A stretch of 64,000 nt of DNA from Flammeovirgaceae bacterium UBA6059 (GCA_002435755.1 DIYH01000028.1:240510-304509), one strand, 5' to 3'. Shown: positions 36,012 to 45,943, numbered from the stretch's first letter. Made by a program: numbers and translations. The notes: generated from the letters alone by a model not told the origin.

Positions 36012-37313
36012 TTATCCTCCGAAATCATCAAATCGAATGTTCTCGTCAGGAATTCCAAAATCTTCACCCATCTTCTGCACCGCATTGTTCATCAATGGAG
36101 GTCCACAGAAGTACAGTTCTATATCCTCAGGGTTGTCGTGTTTGCTTAGGTACTGATCAATCACAGATTGGTGAACAAAGCCTAAGAAGCCATCTCCTTC
36201 TGCATCATTGATATCTTTTTTGGCTACCCAATTATCCTCCTCCATAGGCTCGGAAAGCACCATGTAGAATTTGAAATTAGGGAAATGCTTTTCGAGTTCT
36301 TTGAAGTGATCAATGTAGAACAACTCTCTCTTTGATCGTCCACCATACCAGTAGGTTACCTTTCTGCCAGTCTTCAAAGTCTTGAAAAGATGGTAAAGGT
36401 GAGACCTCATTGGAGCCATACCAGCACCACCACCGACGTATAGCATTTCAGCGTCAGATGGATTAATGAAAAATTCACCATATGGTCCAGAGATAGTCAC
36501 TTTGTCCCCAGGCTTAAGTCCGAAGATGTAAGAAGAGGCAATTCCCGGATTTACTTTCATCCAGCCATTAGCAGCTCTATCCCAAGGTGGAGTAGCAATA
36601 CGAACGTTGAGCATGATCTCTCGACCTTCAGCAGGATAAGAGGCCATAGAATATGCTCGCTCGATGGTCTCATCATTCTTCATTTTCAAATCCCATAAAC
36701 CAAACTTGTCCCACTCCATTTGGAACTTATCAGCCTGACCAGGGTGCTCATCAGGGTGAGCAGTGATATCCATATCTTTGAAGTCTACCTCACACTTAGG
36801 CACTTCTATCTGAATATAACCGCCTGCCTCATAGTCCATTTCTTCTGGCAGCTCAACAACGAACTCTTTGATAAACGAAGCGACATTATAGTTTCTCACT
36901 ACAGTAGCCTCCCACTTCTTAATACCAAATATCTCCTCTGGTATCTCAATGCGCATGTCATTTTTCACCTTCACCTGGCATGAAAGGCGGACATGCTCTT
37001 TTTGCTCAGTACGGCTTAAGTGACCTACTTCAGTTGGAAGCACGTCTCCTCCACCCTCATGTATTTTACACTTGCACATGGCACAAGTACCGCCTCCACC
37101 ACAAGCAGATGGCAAAAACACTTTTTGAGTAGAAAGTGTCGAGAGAAGCGTAGATCCGGCAGAAGCTACTATTGGATTAGCTTCATCACCATTCACAATA
37201 ATTTTAACATCTCCTGATTGTACTAGCTTCGACTGAGCGAAGAGCAGAATCAAGACTAGCATTACTATAACAGCAGTAAACGCTATAATCGAGGTAATAA
37301 CTACAAATGACAT
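36012..37313 (-). CDS. nqrF: Na+-translocating NADH:quinone oxidoreductase subunit F
   Basis: N-terminal TM helix, 2Fe-2S ferredoxin motif ([12 protein letters not shown]) and FAD/NADH-binding domain ([18 protein letters not shown]). Confidence 0.92.
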   Translation of the reverse strand: MSFVVITSIIAFTAVIVMLVLILLFAQSKLVQSGDVKIIVNGDEANPIVASAGSTLLSTLSTQKVFLPSACGGGGTCAMCKCKIHEGGGDVLPTEVGHLSRTEQKEHVRLSCQVKVKNDMRIEIPEEIFGIKKWEATVVRNYNVASFIKEFVVELPEEMDYEAGGYIQIEVPKCEVDFKDMDITAHPDEHPGQADKFQMEWDKFGLWDLKMKNDETIERAYSMASYPAEGREIMLNVRIATPPWDRAANGWMKVNPGIASSYIFGLKPGDKVTISGPYGEFFINPSDAEMLYVGGGAGMAPMRSHLYHLFKTLKTGRKVTYWYGGRSKRELFYIDHFKELEKHFPNFKFYMVLSEPMEEDNWVAKKDINDAEGDGFLGFVHQSVIDQYLSKHDNPEDIELYFCGPPLMNNAVQKMGEDFGIPDENIRFDDFGG

Positions 37314-37343
37314 AAAGAAGTAGTTGTTAGTTTTTTAAGTGCT

Positions 37344-37351
37344 CAAATATA
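37344..37351 (-). promoter_or_regulatory. candidate -7 promoter box (TATATTTG on minus strand) for nqrF
   Basis: Plus-strand CAAATATA, 31 nt upstream of the nqrF ATG, inside the 141-bp accD-nqrF spacer. Confidence 0.4.
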
Positions 37352-37454
37352 ATTCATAATAGCTATTTGCAACGCCCTCAAAAGGCTAATTGCCAGTAAC
37401 CACTAGAATAGATCGAATCAACTTGGTGTACAACTCAAATGTTGTATCGAATCG

Positions 37455-38297
37455 CTACTTTTCTAATAGACGTAGCAGCGTGGTGAGTTTGTTTTTGAGG
37501 TTTCTACGATCGACAATGAAGTCAAGAAATCCATGGTCCAAAACGAACTCAGAACTTTGGAATCCTTTAGGCAGATCCTTACCAATTGTTTCGCGAATTA
37601 CCCTTGGCCCAGCAAATCCGATTAAGGCCCCAGGCTCGGCAATATTGAAGTCACCAAGCATCGCAAATGAGGCCGTTACTCCGCCTGTCGTAGGGTCAGT
37701 AAGTAGTGATATGTAAGGGATTTTTGCCTCTGAGAGAAGCGCTAGCTTACCAGAAATTTTGCCTAGTTGCATCAAAGAGAAACCTGCCTCCATCATTCTG
37801 GCACCACCCGATCTTGAAATCACCAGCAGGGGGGTCTTATGCTTCAATGAGTAATCGACAGCTCGTGCAATTTTCTCTCCAACAACAGATCCCATAGACC
37901 CTCCTATGAAGCTGAAATCCATACAGGAAACAACAAGGTCGATTCCGTTCACTTTGCCCACTGCATTTCTTGCAGCGTCCTTAAGACCAGTCTTTTTCTG
38001 AGATTTTTCTATTCTATTCGGGTACGACTGGGAGTCTACAAACTCCAATGGATCCTTTGAACTCAGATTGGCATCTAGTTCCTTGAACTTGTTGTCATCA
38101 AAAAGAATCTCGAAGTATTCTTTTGAGCCAACTCTTACATGATAGTCATCTTCAGGACATACGAACGCATTGTTCTTAAGCTCACGCATGTGGATAATTG
38201 CTCCACTAGGGGTCTTGTACCACAAACCATCCGGCGCTTCCTTTTTACTAGCTGTGGGCGTCTGAATGCCCTTATCCGTTCTGTTAAACCAAGCCAT
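37455..38297 (-). CDS. accD: acetyl-CoA carboxylase carboxyltransferase beta subunit
   Basis: [22 protein letters not shown] and [18 protein letters not shown]...GFAGPRVI blocks, collinear with AccD. Confidence 0.9.
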   Translation of the reverse strand: MAWFNRTDKGIQTPTASKKEAPDGLWYKTPSGAIIHMRELKNNAFVCPEDDYHVRVGSKEYFEILFDDNKFKELDANLSSKDPLEFVDSQSYPNRIEKSQKKTGLKDAARNAVGKVNGIDLVVSCMDFSFIGGSMGSVVGEKIARAVDYSLKHKTPLLVISRSGGARMMEAGFSLMQLGKISGKLALLSEAKIPYISLLTDPTTGGVTASFAMLGDFNIAEPGALIGFAGPRVIRETIGKDLPKGFQSSEFVLDHGFLDFIVDRRNLKNKLTTLLRLLEK

Positions 38298-38317
38298 GCT
38301 CTAGTCGATTAGGGTCG

Positions 38318-38325
38318 CAAAGATA
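38318..38325 (-). promoter_or_regulatory. candidate -7 promoter box (TATCTTTG on minus strand) for accD
   Basis: Plus-strand CAAAGATA, 21 nt upstream of the accD ATG. Confidence 0.35.
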
Positions 38326-38379
38326 TTGATAATTTGATATTCGAAGCAGATAAAAAAGGTCATTACAACCTTCATCAAA

Positions 38380-38640
38380 TTACTTGTCTACCTCTTCGTA
38401 ATCTACGTATTCGCCTCCTTTGAAATCTTTTTGCTCCTTTTTTGAGCTTTGGGGGACGTGATCAATTTTTACATTGCCATCCGCAGGTCTTTGGGCATAA
38501 CCCGTATTCTGTTGGCGTCCAGCAGACCGCTGAAATTGCTGTTGCTGGTAAGCCTTATAAAACAGTAACCTAAAAAGATATCCTGATAGCTTGAAGAAGA
38601 TATATCCTATCAGGAACAGTATGAGTAAGAACTTCAACAT
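38380..38640 (-). CDS. DUF4834-like small membrane protein
   Basis: 86 aa with an N-terminal hydrophobic helix (MLKFLLILFLIGYIFFKL), then a Q/G-rich region and a GGEYVDYEE tail, as in Bacteroidota DUF4834 proteins. Confidence 0.65.
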   Translation of the reverse strand: MLKFLLILFLIGYIFFKLSGYLFRLLFYKAYQQQQFQRSAGRQQNTGYAQRPADGNVKIDHVPQSSKKEQKDFKGGEYVDYEEVDK

Positions 38641-38654
38641 ATCACTTATATAAC

Positions 38655-41468
38655 TTAGCGACTGAGGTAGAAGTTACGTTCCGAATAGATTTTCAAGAAG
38701 TAGTCATCCATCAAATCATCGATAAAGTAGATTGCCTCTCCAGTTGACTTCATCTCTGGCCCCAACTCCTTATTCACGTTAGGAAACTTGTTGAAAGAGA
38801 ACACCGGCTCCTTAATCGCATAACCTTTCTTAGTAGGACGGAATGTGAAGTCTTTTATTTTTTTCTCCCCTAGCATCACCTTCGTGGCATAATTCACATA
38901 AGGCTCGTCATAGGCCTTACAAATGAATGGGACAGTTCTTGAAGCGCGTGGATTAGCCTCGATGATATAGACCTTATCATCTTTGATGGCAAACTGAATA
39001 TTGATCAGCCCGACCGTATTCAGCGCTAGCGCAATTTTCCTGGTATACTCTTCGATTTGTCGCATGACAAAATCACCGAGATTATAAGGAGGAAGGACCG
39101 CATAAGAGTCACCAGAGTGTATACCTGCAGGCTCTATGTGCTGCATGATACCAATGATATAAGCTTCTTCTCCATCGCAAATAGCATCCGCTTCGGCCTC
39201 AATCGCACCTTCAAGGAAGTGATCAAGAAGTATTCTTCCGTCCTGCTTGCTTTTGAGAAGATTAACTACGTGCTGCTCAAGCTCTTCATCATTGATGACG
39301 ATCTTCATTGACTGACCACCAAGTACGTATGATGGCCTTACCAGCAATGGGTAACCAATCTCTTTCGAGAGCTCCAATGCCTCGTCTGCATCTTCAATGG
39401 TGCCGTACTTAGGATATGGAATGTCCAGTTCTTTGAGGAGATCAGAAAATCTTCCTCTGTCTTCTGCTAAATCAAGTGACGCAAAATCGGTACCGATGAT
39501 CTTGATATCAAATCGCTTGAGCTTTTCTGCCAACTTGAGGGCCGTCTGTCCACCCAGCTGGACTATTACACCAACTGGTTTCTCCTGCAAGATGATCTCA
39601 TAGATATGCTCCCAGAAAACTGGTTCGAAATATAGCTTATCAGCAATATCAAAGTCAGTAGATACCGTCTCCGGATTACAGTTGATCATAATGGTCTCAT
39701 AGCCGCACTCCTTAGCGGCCAATACACCGTGCACACAACTATAGTCGAACTCAATGCCTTGCCCTATTCGGTTAGGTCCGCTACCGAGAACTATGATTTT
39801 TTTGTTGTCAGTTGGGACTGACTCATTCTCCTCTTCGAAAGTCGAGTAATAGTAAGGCGTCTTTGCTTCAAACTCTGCTGCACAAGTATCCACCAACTTG
39901 TAGACTCTGTGAATGCCTTGCGCATGACGCTTATCGAAGACCTGACTTTCAAGACAACCCATCAGATGTCCTAGCTGTCGATCAGCATATCCTTTCTTCT
40001 TAGCAAGAGCGAGAAGCTCGTGTGGAATATCATCAATGGTGTACTTCTCTATTTCGCTTTCAATGGCAATTAGCTCCTCTATTTGGTGCAAGAACCATGG
40101 ATCGATCTGGGTTAGCTTCCTTATGGTCTTAAAAGGAATGCCCAGCTTGAAGGCGTCATAGATATGGAACAGTCTATTCCAACTCGGGCTCTTGAGACTC
40201 TTAAGAAGTTCTTCCTGATTGGTCAGTTCTTTACCATCAGCCCCTAGGCCATTTCTTTTAATCTCAAGTGATTGGCAGGCCTTCTGGAGTGCTTCCTGAA
40301 AGTTGCGGCCAATACCCATCGCCTCTCCTACTGACTTCATCTGTAGTCCTAACCTACGATCAGATCCCTTGAATTTATCGAAGTTCCATCTTGGTACTTT
40401 GACGATCACATAGTCAATGGCAGGTTCGAAAAATGCCGAAGTACTTTTCGTGATTTGGTTATCTAGCTCATCCAGATTGTAACCGATAGCCAGCTTAGCT
40501 GCAATCTTAGCAATAGGGTATCCTGTTGCTTTAGAGGCCAACGCTGATGATCTAGATACACGAGGGTTAATCTCGATACCTACGATCATATCATCTTCTG
40601 GATTGACTGCAAACTGCACATTACATCCCCCTGCGAATTGGCCTATGCCATTCATCATTTTGATAGCCAGATCACGCATGTGCTGGTATACCGTATCTGG
40701 TAGTGTCATAGCCGGTGCTACCGTGATGGAATCTCCAGTATGAACACCCATCGGGTCAAAATTCTCGATAGAGCAGATGATGATGATATTACCATTGCCA
40801 TCCCGCAGAAGCTCTAGCTCGTATTCTTTCCAACCCAGAATACTTTGCTCGACCAATACCTCATGGATAGGTGATGAAGTCAGACCATGTGTAAGCGCCT
40901 TATCAAATTCATCAGCAGTTTCCACAAATCCACCACCAGATCCACCTAGCGTGAATGAAGGTCGGATTACCAGAGGGAAGCCTATTTCCTGTGCTATTTC
41001 CTTACCCTTCAAAAAGGATGTTGCTGTCTCACCTTTACAGACATTCACGTTAAGCTCCTTCATCTTGAGTCGGAACTTCTCCCTGTCCTCAGTGGTCTCA
41101 ATAGCGTTAATATCAACACCTATCATTTTGACATTGTAATGATCCCAAATACCTGCTTTCTGACAGTCTATGGCAAGGTTAAGAGCGGTCTGACCTCCCA
41201 TGGTTGGAAGCACTGCGTCAATCTGATGTTTTTCGAGAATTTCCTTGATTGAAGACTTGGTCAATGGCTTCAAGTAGACATTGTCGGCTGTGACCTTGTC
41301 CGTCATAATAGTTGCCGGATTGGAATTGATCAAGGTTACTTCTATGCCTTCCTCCCTTAGTGATCGTGATGCTTGTGAACCTGCATAGTCAAACTCACAA
41401 GCTTGACCGATTACGATAGGGCCTGACCCTATGATCAGGATGGATTTGATACTCTTGTCTCTAGGCAT
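38655..41468 (-). CDS. carB: carbamoyl-phosphate synthase large subunit (short form, no C-terminal allosteric domain)
   Basis: Two ATP-grasp halves (IIGSGPIVIGQACEFDYAG and VLGSGPNRIGQGIEFDY) and EINPRVSRSSALASKATG. The ORF ends about 25 aa after the second KSTGE block. Confidence 0.95.
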   Translation of the reverse strand: MPRDKSIKSILIIGSGPIVIGQACEFDYAGSQASRSLREEGIEVTLINSNPATIMTDKVTADNVYLKPLTKSSIKEILEKHQIDAVLPTMGGQTALNLAIDCQKAGIWDHYNVKMIGVDINAIETTEDREKFRLKMKELNVNVCKGETATSFLKGKEIAQEIGFPLVIRPSFTLGGSGGGFVETADEFDKALTHGLTSSPIHEVLVEQSILGWKEYELELLRDGNGNIIIICSIENFDPMGVHTGDSITVAPAMTLPDTVYQHMRDLAIKMMNGIGQFAGGCNVQFAVNPEDDMIVGIEINPRVSRSSALASKATGYPIAKIAAKLAIGYNLDELDNQITKSTSAFFEPAIDYVIVKVPRWNFDKFKGSDRRLGLQMKSVGEAMGIGRNFQEALQKACQSLEIKRNGLGADGKELTNQEELLKSLKSPSWNRLFHIYDAFKLGIPFKTIRKLTQIDPWFLHQIEELIAIESEIEKYTIDDIPHELLALAKKKGYADRQLGHLMGCLESQVFDKRHAQGIHRVYKLVDTCAAEFEAKTPYYYSTFEEENESVPTDNKKIIVLGSGPNRIGQGIEFDYSCVHGVLAAKECGYETIMINCNPETVSTDFDIADKLYFEPVFWEHIYEIILQEKPVGVIVQLGGQTALKLAEKLKRFDIKIIGTDFASLDLAEDRGRFSDLLKELDIPYPKYGTIEDADEALELSKEIGYPLLVRPSYVLGGQSMKIVINDEELEQHVVNLLKSKQDGRILLDHFLEGAIEAEADAICDGEEAYIIGIMQHIEPAGIHSGDSYAVLPPYNLGDFVMRQIEEYTRKIALALNTVGLINIQFAIKDDKVYIIEANPRASRTVPFICKAYDEPYVNYATKVMLGEKKIKDFTFRPTKKGYAIKEPVFSFNKFPNVNKELGPEMKSTGEAIYFIDDLMDDYFLKIYSERNFYLSR

Positions 41469-41508
41469 GAAGGAAAAGTTAAGGTGGTCAGCTTTAGATA
41501 AATTGGGG

Positions 41509-41516
41509 CAAATTTA
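41509..41516 (-). promoter_or_regulatory. candidate -7 promoter box (TAAATTTG on minus strand) for carB
   Basis: Plus-strand CAAATTTA, 41 nt upstream of the carB ATG. Confidence 0.35.
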
Positions 41517-41646
41517 AGGTAGTCCATGTACTTGCGAAAGCCATGTGGATTTTTTCAATTGGGCAGTGCCACTCATCATGGTTTTGGCGTTCAAGTCTTG
41601 CGACAATTGAACAGCTTTGCTACGTTAGCAATTAAAGTTTTTTTAC

Positions 41647-42417
41647 ATGACGTTATCAAAATTCTTGTTTATTGTAGGATTGAGCACTCTGCTACTTCAG
41701 AGTTGTGAAAACTTTAGCTGGCTTCCAAAAGAACAAACTAAGGATGAAAAAGAAGCAAAGGAGGGTACAAAGAGAAATGGTCTTTATACTAAGAAGTCAA
41801 AAGGAGTTGTTGTCTCACAAGTCAACTATGTTGATGGTAAAAAAGAAGGTAAAGCGATAAATTTTTTCCCTAACGGGAAAGAAGAATTAGTGCTCTATTA
41901 TAAAAATAATATTAAACATGGTACTGCTACAACTTACTACGAATCTGGTGTAGTCAAAAAAGAAACTCCATATGTCGATGGTGTTAAGCATGGAATACAG
42001 AAGTACTACTTCAGCAACGGGAAAATATCGGCTGAAATACCATTTCAAAATGGTCTACAGAGCAGAAAAACGAAAGAATACTATAAAAGTGGTAAACAGA
42101 TCACTGACCAACCGAGAATAATTGTAAAGGAGATTGATCGGTTAAAGACTTCTGGGGAATACATTGTTACTATTCAGTTTGCCAAAAAGGTGCGCAACGT
42201 TAAATTTTATAATGGTGTGCTACAACAAGGGGAGTATCTGGATATTTCTGAGCTTGGCGAGATGGATGTAAAACAAGGAGTTGCGAGAATAGTGCTACAT
42301 CCAGCCCCTGGAACTTTTATCATGGAAAAGCTCAACATTGTCGGGCAATACAAAACCAATAAAGGCACGTACCACATTGCTACAAAGGTTCACAACCTTG
42401 CAATTGAAAATATCTAG
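41647..42417 (+). CDS. MORN-repeat-variant (YwqK-like) lipoprotein
   Basis: Lipoprotein-like signal (LSTLLLQSCEN) and repeated YY.nG..k.e..y.dGk.hG units (4-5 copies). Confidence 0.7.
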   Translation: MTLSKFLFIVGLSTLLLQSCENFSWLPKEQTKDEKEAKEGTKRNGLYTKKSKGVVVSQVNYVDGKKEGKAINFFPNGKEELVLYYKNNIKHGTATTYYESGVVKKETPYVDGVKHGIQKYYFSNGKISAEIPFQNGLQSRKTKEYYKSGKQITDQPRIIVKEIDRLKTSGEYIVTIQFAKKVRNVKFYNGVLQQGEYLDISELGEMDVKQGVARIVLHPAPGTFIMEKLNIVGQYKTNKGTYHIATKVHNLAIENI

Positions 42418-43985
42418 TTACCAAGACTATAAAGACGATTGCGCAGTTCGACATTCTCTGGGGCATACTTTAAGCCCGAGTTGAGCATTCTCTTAGCTGT
42501 GCCATAGTCGCCGCGTTTAAAGTAGTATATGGATGCTAGTGAGTATGCCCGACCTACTAATACCTGATCTATATTATAGGTTGGATACACTCCATACAGT
42601 TCTTCAAATTGGTTTTTGTGATACTTGCCGGATTCTACGTCACGATTCTCGAAGCTATTATACATGCCCAAGAGGTGAGCGGTAATATACATTGAGCCGA
42701 AACTTTTGTTACTTAGAAAGTCTTTGTTAATCTCGAGATAACTGTTTAATTCCTCAAGCACTACGCTAGTCTTATCCTCTCTTGCCAATGAATTAGCAAT
42801 GGCTGCTATGAGCATATTTTCTACGTCAATGTTGTTTGGCTCCATAATGTAGGCCTCCTTGAGATGCTGTTTAGCCACTTTGCTTTTATCCCTTACCAAT
42901 GCAATTCGCCCACGCTCAAAATGGTAAACGAAATCAATGTCTTCTATCAGTTCCTTTCGGTCGAAACTATTGCGGAGATAGTGGTAAATACTATCGTAGA
43001 TCACTGGCATATTGTCATTAACCAAATACTTACTGGTGATGCGGCCAAACTCACCCAAAAGCTCGTTATCTACAGCATGCTCACTTCTTGATATTTTGGA
43101 GAGTAATATGACGTAGTGTTGATCTTCGTACTCGTGCTCAGCTATCTGCTGTACTCCGACACTATAGAGTACAAGCCCAATCTTTTCGCTTGGATATAGT
43201 TCATTCGACTTCTCCAATGAGAAGTAAGCACTTTTATAATCTTCTTCCTCCAACAATGTCAATCCAGTATTAAAATAGTGGAGTGCTACTAGCTGAGTCA
43301 AGTCTATATCTTCCGCTTTGTAGTAGTATTCATCAAAAATGGACTGAGTGCCGTTGATTTGCCACTCTGCTTGGGTGATCATTTTGTTTTCCAACAGTAC
43401 TTGCACAAAGCGCTGCTGGTATGACTCGCTTAGGTCATTCATACCGGTAGCTGGATTGGTCGTTTCTATTAAATACTCTTCACCTTGAGGTCTAGCTATA
43501 ATATAGACATGATTGGGTGTCTCTTTGATGCTGTAGGGTATGCTCAATTGGTCGAAAATTGTGGCATACAAAACACACGCTGTTACACAATTGTAGATGC
43601 CATCTGAGAACATATCTCTGATTGGTGCAAAGTCTTTGTATCGTCTTAGGAAATCACTATGAACACGGTCATAGAGTTCTTGCATGTACTTTTTATACTT
43701 TTTCTTGGGCAGATGAAGCTGCTGTAGCGCGCTTATCTTAGATGCTAAATAGATTGAGTCATAAGCTATTTGCCTAGTATCAGTACTTTCCGAATGCATC
43801 AAGAGCATAACCAAATCAATTGAGGTGGATTGACCACCTCGCTTAAAATAGTACTCCTCTTGGGGGCTATTGAAAGCTAAAGAGGGCGTTTGGCCGTTCA
43901 GGTCAACTTCTTGAGCACTGCTGACGCTCGTACAGATAAGCAATAAGGAAACAGAGCATACTAAGCCTTGAAAAAAATGCTTCAT
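42414..43985 (-). CDS. secreted transglutaminase-core-like / TPR-like protein
   Basis: Signal peptide. GIYNCVTACVLYATIFDQLSIPYSIKETPNHVYIIAR resembles the Cys-His core of Transglut_core2/SirB1-type domains. The C-terminal half is helical-repeat-like. Confidence 0.5.
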   Translation of the reverse strand: MKHFFQGLVCSVSLLLICTSVSSAQEVDLNGQTPSLAFNSPQEEYYFKRGGQSTSIDLVMLLMHSESTDTRQIAYDSIYLASKISALQQLHLPKKKYKKYMQELYDRVHSDFLRRYKDFAPIRDMFSDGIYNCVTACVLYATIFDQLSIPYSIKETPNHVYIIARPQGEEYLIETTNPATGMNDLSESYQQRFVQVLLENKMITQAEWQINGTQSIFDEYYYKAEDIDLTQLVALHYFNTGLTLLEEEDYKSAYFSLEKSNELYPSEKIGLVLYSVGVQQIAEHEYEDQHYVILLSKISRSEHAVDNELLGEFGRITSKYLVNDNMPVIYDSIYHYLRNSFDRKELIEDIDFVYHFERGRIALVRDKSKVAKQHLKEAYIMEPNNIDVENMLIAAIANSLAREDKTSVVLEELNSYLEINKDFLSNKSFGSMYITAHLLGMYNSFENRDVESGKYHKNQFEELYGVYPTYNIDQVLVGRAYSLASIYYFKRGDYGTAKRMLNSGLKYAPENVELRNRLYSLGN

Positions 43986-44122
43986 AACATTGTGGTTTGA
44001 GGTATGAAGATAAAAAAGCTCAGGAAAGATTATCTATGATATAATCCCAACTTTAGAACAGACATGAACCAAAAATATTTAACTAGGCTGATATGCCATG
44101 CTTTTATTAAAATAGAATCTGC

Positions 44123-45523
44123 CTACAGATGAATAGGCCTATTTTCAGTAGCAGCCAAGCAAGCCTCTTTTACAGCTTCCATGTAGGTCGGATGTGCGTG
44201 TGACATACGTGACACGTCTTCAGCAGAAGCTCTATACTCCATGGCAGTAACACCACTGGCAATCATATCCGCAGCTCTCGCACCAATAATGTGCATGCCA
44301 AGGATCTCATCTGTCTCGGCATCAGCTAATACTTTAACAAGACCATCAGTATCCATACTCGCCCTGGCTCGTCCTAGAGCCTTGTAAGGGAATTTACCAG
44401 TCTTAAATTTCTTGCCTTGAGACTTTAGTTGCTCTTCCGTGAAGCCTACACTAGCGACTTCAGGCCATGTATATACCACCCCTGGGATCAGATTGTAGTT
44501 GATATGAGGCTTCTGCCCAACCATTTGTTCTGCCACAAATACACCCTCTTCCTCAGCCTTGTGAGCAAGCATTGCCCCTTTTACCACATCACCGATCGCC
44601 CAAATGTTGTCCACATTTGTCTTCAAATGCTCATCAACCTCGACTCGACCTCTGTCGTCCATCTTGACCCCTGCTTTGTCCAGCACCAATCCATCAGTAT
44701 ATGGTCTTCTACCAATGGAAACCAGGCAGTAATCCCCAGTTAATTCTAGATTGTCACCTTTCGGTGCTTCAGCAACTACTTTCACTTCCTTACCTGAAGT
44801 GCTGACTTCAGTCACTTTGTGGCTTAAGTAAATATCAAATCCAAGCTTCTTGAGTGCCTTCTGGAGTTCTTTGCCCATAGTGCCATCCATGGATGGGATT
44901 AGGTTATCCATAAACTCTACTACGGACACCTTAGCTCCCAGTCTGGCATAAACACTACCCAGCTCCATACCAATCACACCGCCACCTATGATTATCATGT
45001 GCTTTGGTACTTCTTTAAGTTCCAACGCCTCGGTAGATGTGATGACTCTCTTCTTATCGATGTTGATGAATGGTAGTGATGCTGGTTTTGAACCTGTGGC
45101 GATAATCACTTTCTCAGCTGTGATCTGAGAGCTCTTACCATCACCAGCTTCTACATTGATCGTATTCTTATCAACGAACGAACCCAGACCATGATGAACA
45201 TCGATCTTGTTCTTTTTCATCAAGAAGCTCACGCCATTGACATTATCAAGTACTACCTGGCTTTTGCGGGCAATCATCTGCTTCAGATTCACCTTTGGCT
45301 TATTGATGGTGATGCCGTGCTCTTTGAAAGTAGTTTCAGCATTATGAAAATGCTCAGAAGAATCAAGCAAAGCTTTCGATGGAATACAACCGACATTGAG
45401 GCATGTACCTCCCAACGTGTCGTACTTTTCAATGATAGCCGTTTTGAGACCTAGCTGTGCACAACGTATAGCCGCTACATATCCACCAGGTCCTGAACCG
45501 ATAACTGCAACTTGGTAATCCAT
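44123..45523 (-). CDS. lpd: dihydrolipoyl dehydrogenase (E3)
   Basis: GSGPGGYVAAIR, redox-active GGTCLNVGCIPSK and HAHPT near the C-terminus. Confidence 0.95.
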   Translation of the reverse strand: MDYQVAVIGSGPGGYVAAIRCAQLGLKTAIIEKYDTLGGTCLNVGCIPSKALLDSSEHFHNAETTFKEHGITINKPKVNLKQMIARKSQVVLDNVNGVSFLMKKNKIDVHHGLGSFVDKNTINVEAGDGKSSQITAEKVIIATGSKPASLPFINIDKKRVITSTEALELKEVPKHMIIIGGGVIGMELGSVYARLGAKVSVVEFMDNLIPSMDGTMGKELQKALKKLGFDIYLSHKVTEVSTSGKEVKVVAEAPKGDNLELTGDYCLVSIGRRPYTDGLVLDKAGVKMDDRGRVEVDEHLKTNVDNIWAIGDVVKGAMLAHKAEEEGVFVAEQMVGQKPHINYNLIPGVVYTWPEVASVGFTEEQLKSQGKKFKTGKFPYKALGRARASMDTDGLVKVLADAETDEILGMHIIGARAADMIASGVTAMEYRASAEDVSRMSHAHPTYMEAVKEACLAATENRPIHL

Positions 45524-45543
45524 ATCTTTTTGTTTTGGTACAG

Positions 45544-45566
45544 AGTATTTGGTATTAAGTATTTGG
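45544..45566. repeat. direct repeat AGTATTTGG-TATTA-AGTATTTGG at the 3' flank of the four-helix-bundle ORF
   Basis: Read directly: copies at 45544-45552 and 45558-45566 (period 14). It contains GTATTAAGTA (45552-45561), the inverse complement of 45927-45936. Confidence 0.7.
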
Positions 45567-45914
45567 ACTCAACTTGCTCTGTAGTTTAAATATCATTTTT
45601 GAGATTATTTCAACATCCTTTAGAAGCGGATCAAGTTTGTCATTCTCCACTAAACCAACATTCTGAGAAATTAACAACTGAGTTTCCAATTCAAAAATTG
45701 ATCCAACAGCTACGCTTAAGAAATTTATAAACTGCTTGTCAGAATTTCGACCTGCTCCTTCAGCAATATTGGATGAAACTGAAACGACAGACCTTCTTAA
45801 CTGAGAAATCAATCCATACTTTTCCTCAAGAGGAAAGGAATTTGTCAAATGGTAAACTTGGGTAGCAAGTTCAATACTGCGTTTCCAAACATCAAGCTCC
45901 TTGTATCTATGCAT
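45555..45914 (-). CDS. four-helix-bundle protein (23S rRNA intervening-sequence protein / Avd-like family)
   Basis: 119 aa. Start YKELDVWKRSIELATQVYHLT, then SQLRRSVVSVSSNIAEGAGR and FINFLSVAVGSIFELETQLLIS, all characteristic of this family. Confidence 0.85.
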   Translation of the reverse strand: MHRYKELDVWKRSIELATQVYHLTNSFPLEEKYGLISQLRRSVVSVSSNIAEGAGRNSDKQFINFLSVAVGSIFELETQLLISQNVGLVENDKLDPLLKDVEIISKMIFKLQSKLSPNT

Positions 45915-45921
45915 CCTACGC

Positions 45922-45943
45922 CTTTGTACTTAATACTTTGTAC
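45922..45943. repeat. direct repeat CTTTGTAC-TTAATA-CTTTGTAC at the 5' flank of the four-helix-bundle ORF
   Basis: Read directly: copies at 45922-45929 and 45936-45943 (period 14). It contains TACTTAATAC (45927-45936) and the palindrome TTTGTACAAA (45937-45946). Confidence 0.7.

Noticed and set aside
41647-42417. MORN/YwqK-like protein as an antitoxin or immunity protein of a toxin system.
   Set aside because: No adjacent toxin-like gene (nuclease, deaminase or polymorphic toxin) is present. The protein has a lipoprotein signal, which suggests an envelope role instead.
45555-45914. Avd-like four-helix-bundle ORF as a marker of a diversity-generating retroelement.
   Set aside because: The window contains no reverse transcriptase gene, no template/variable repeat pair and no target gene with a C-type lectin fold. 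Only the isolated ORF is present.
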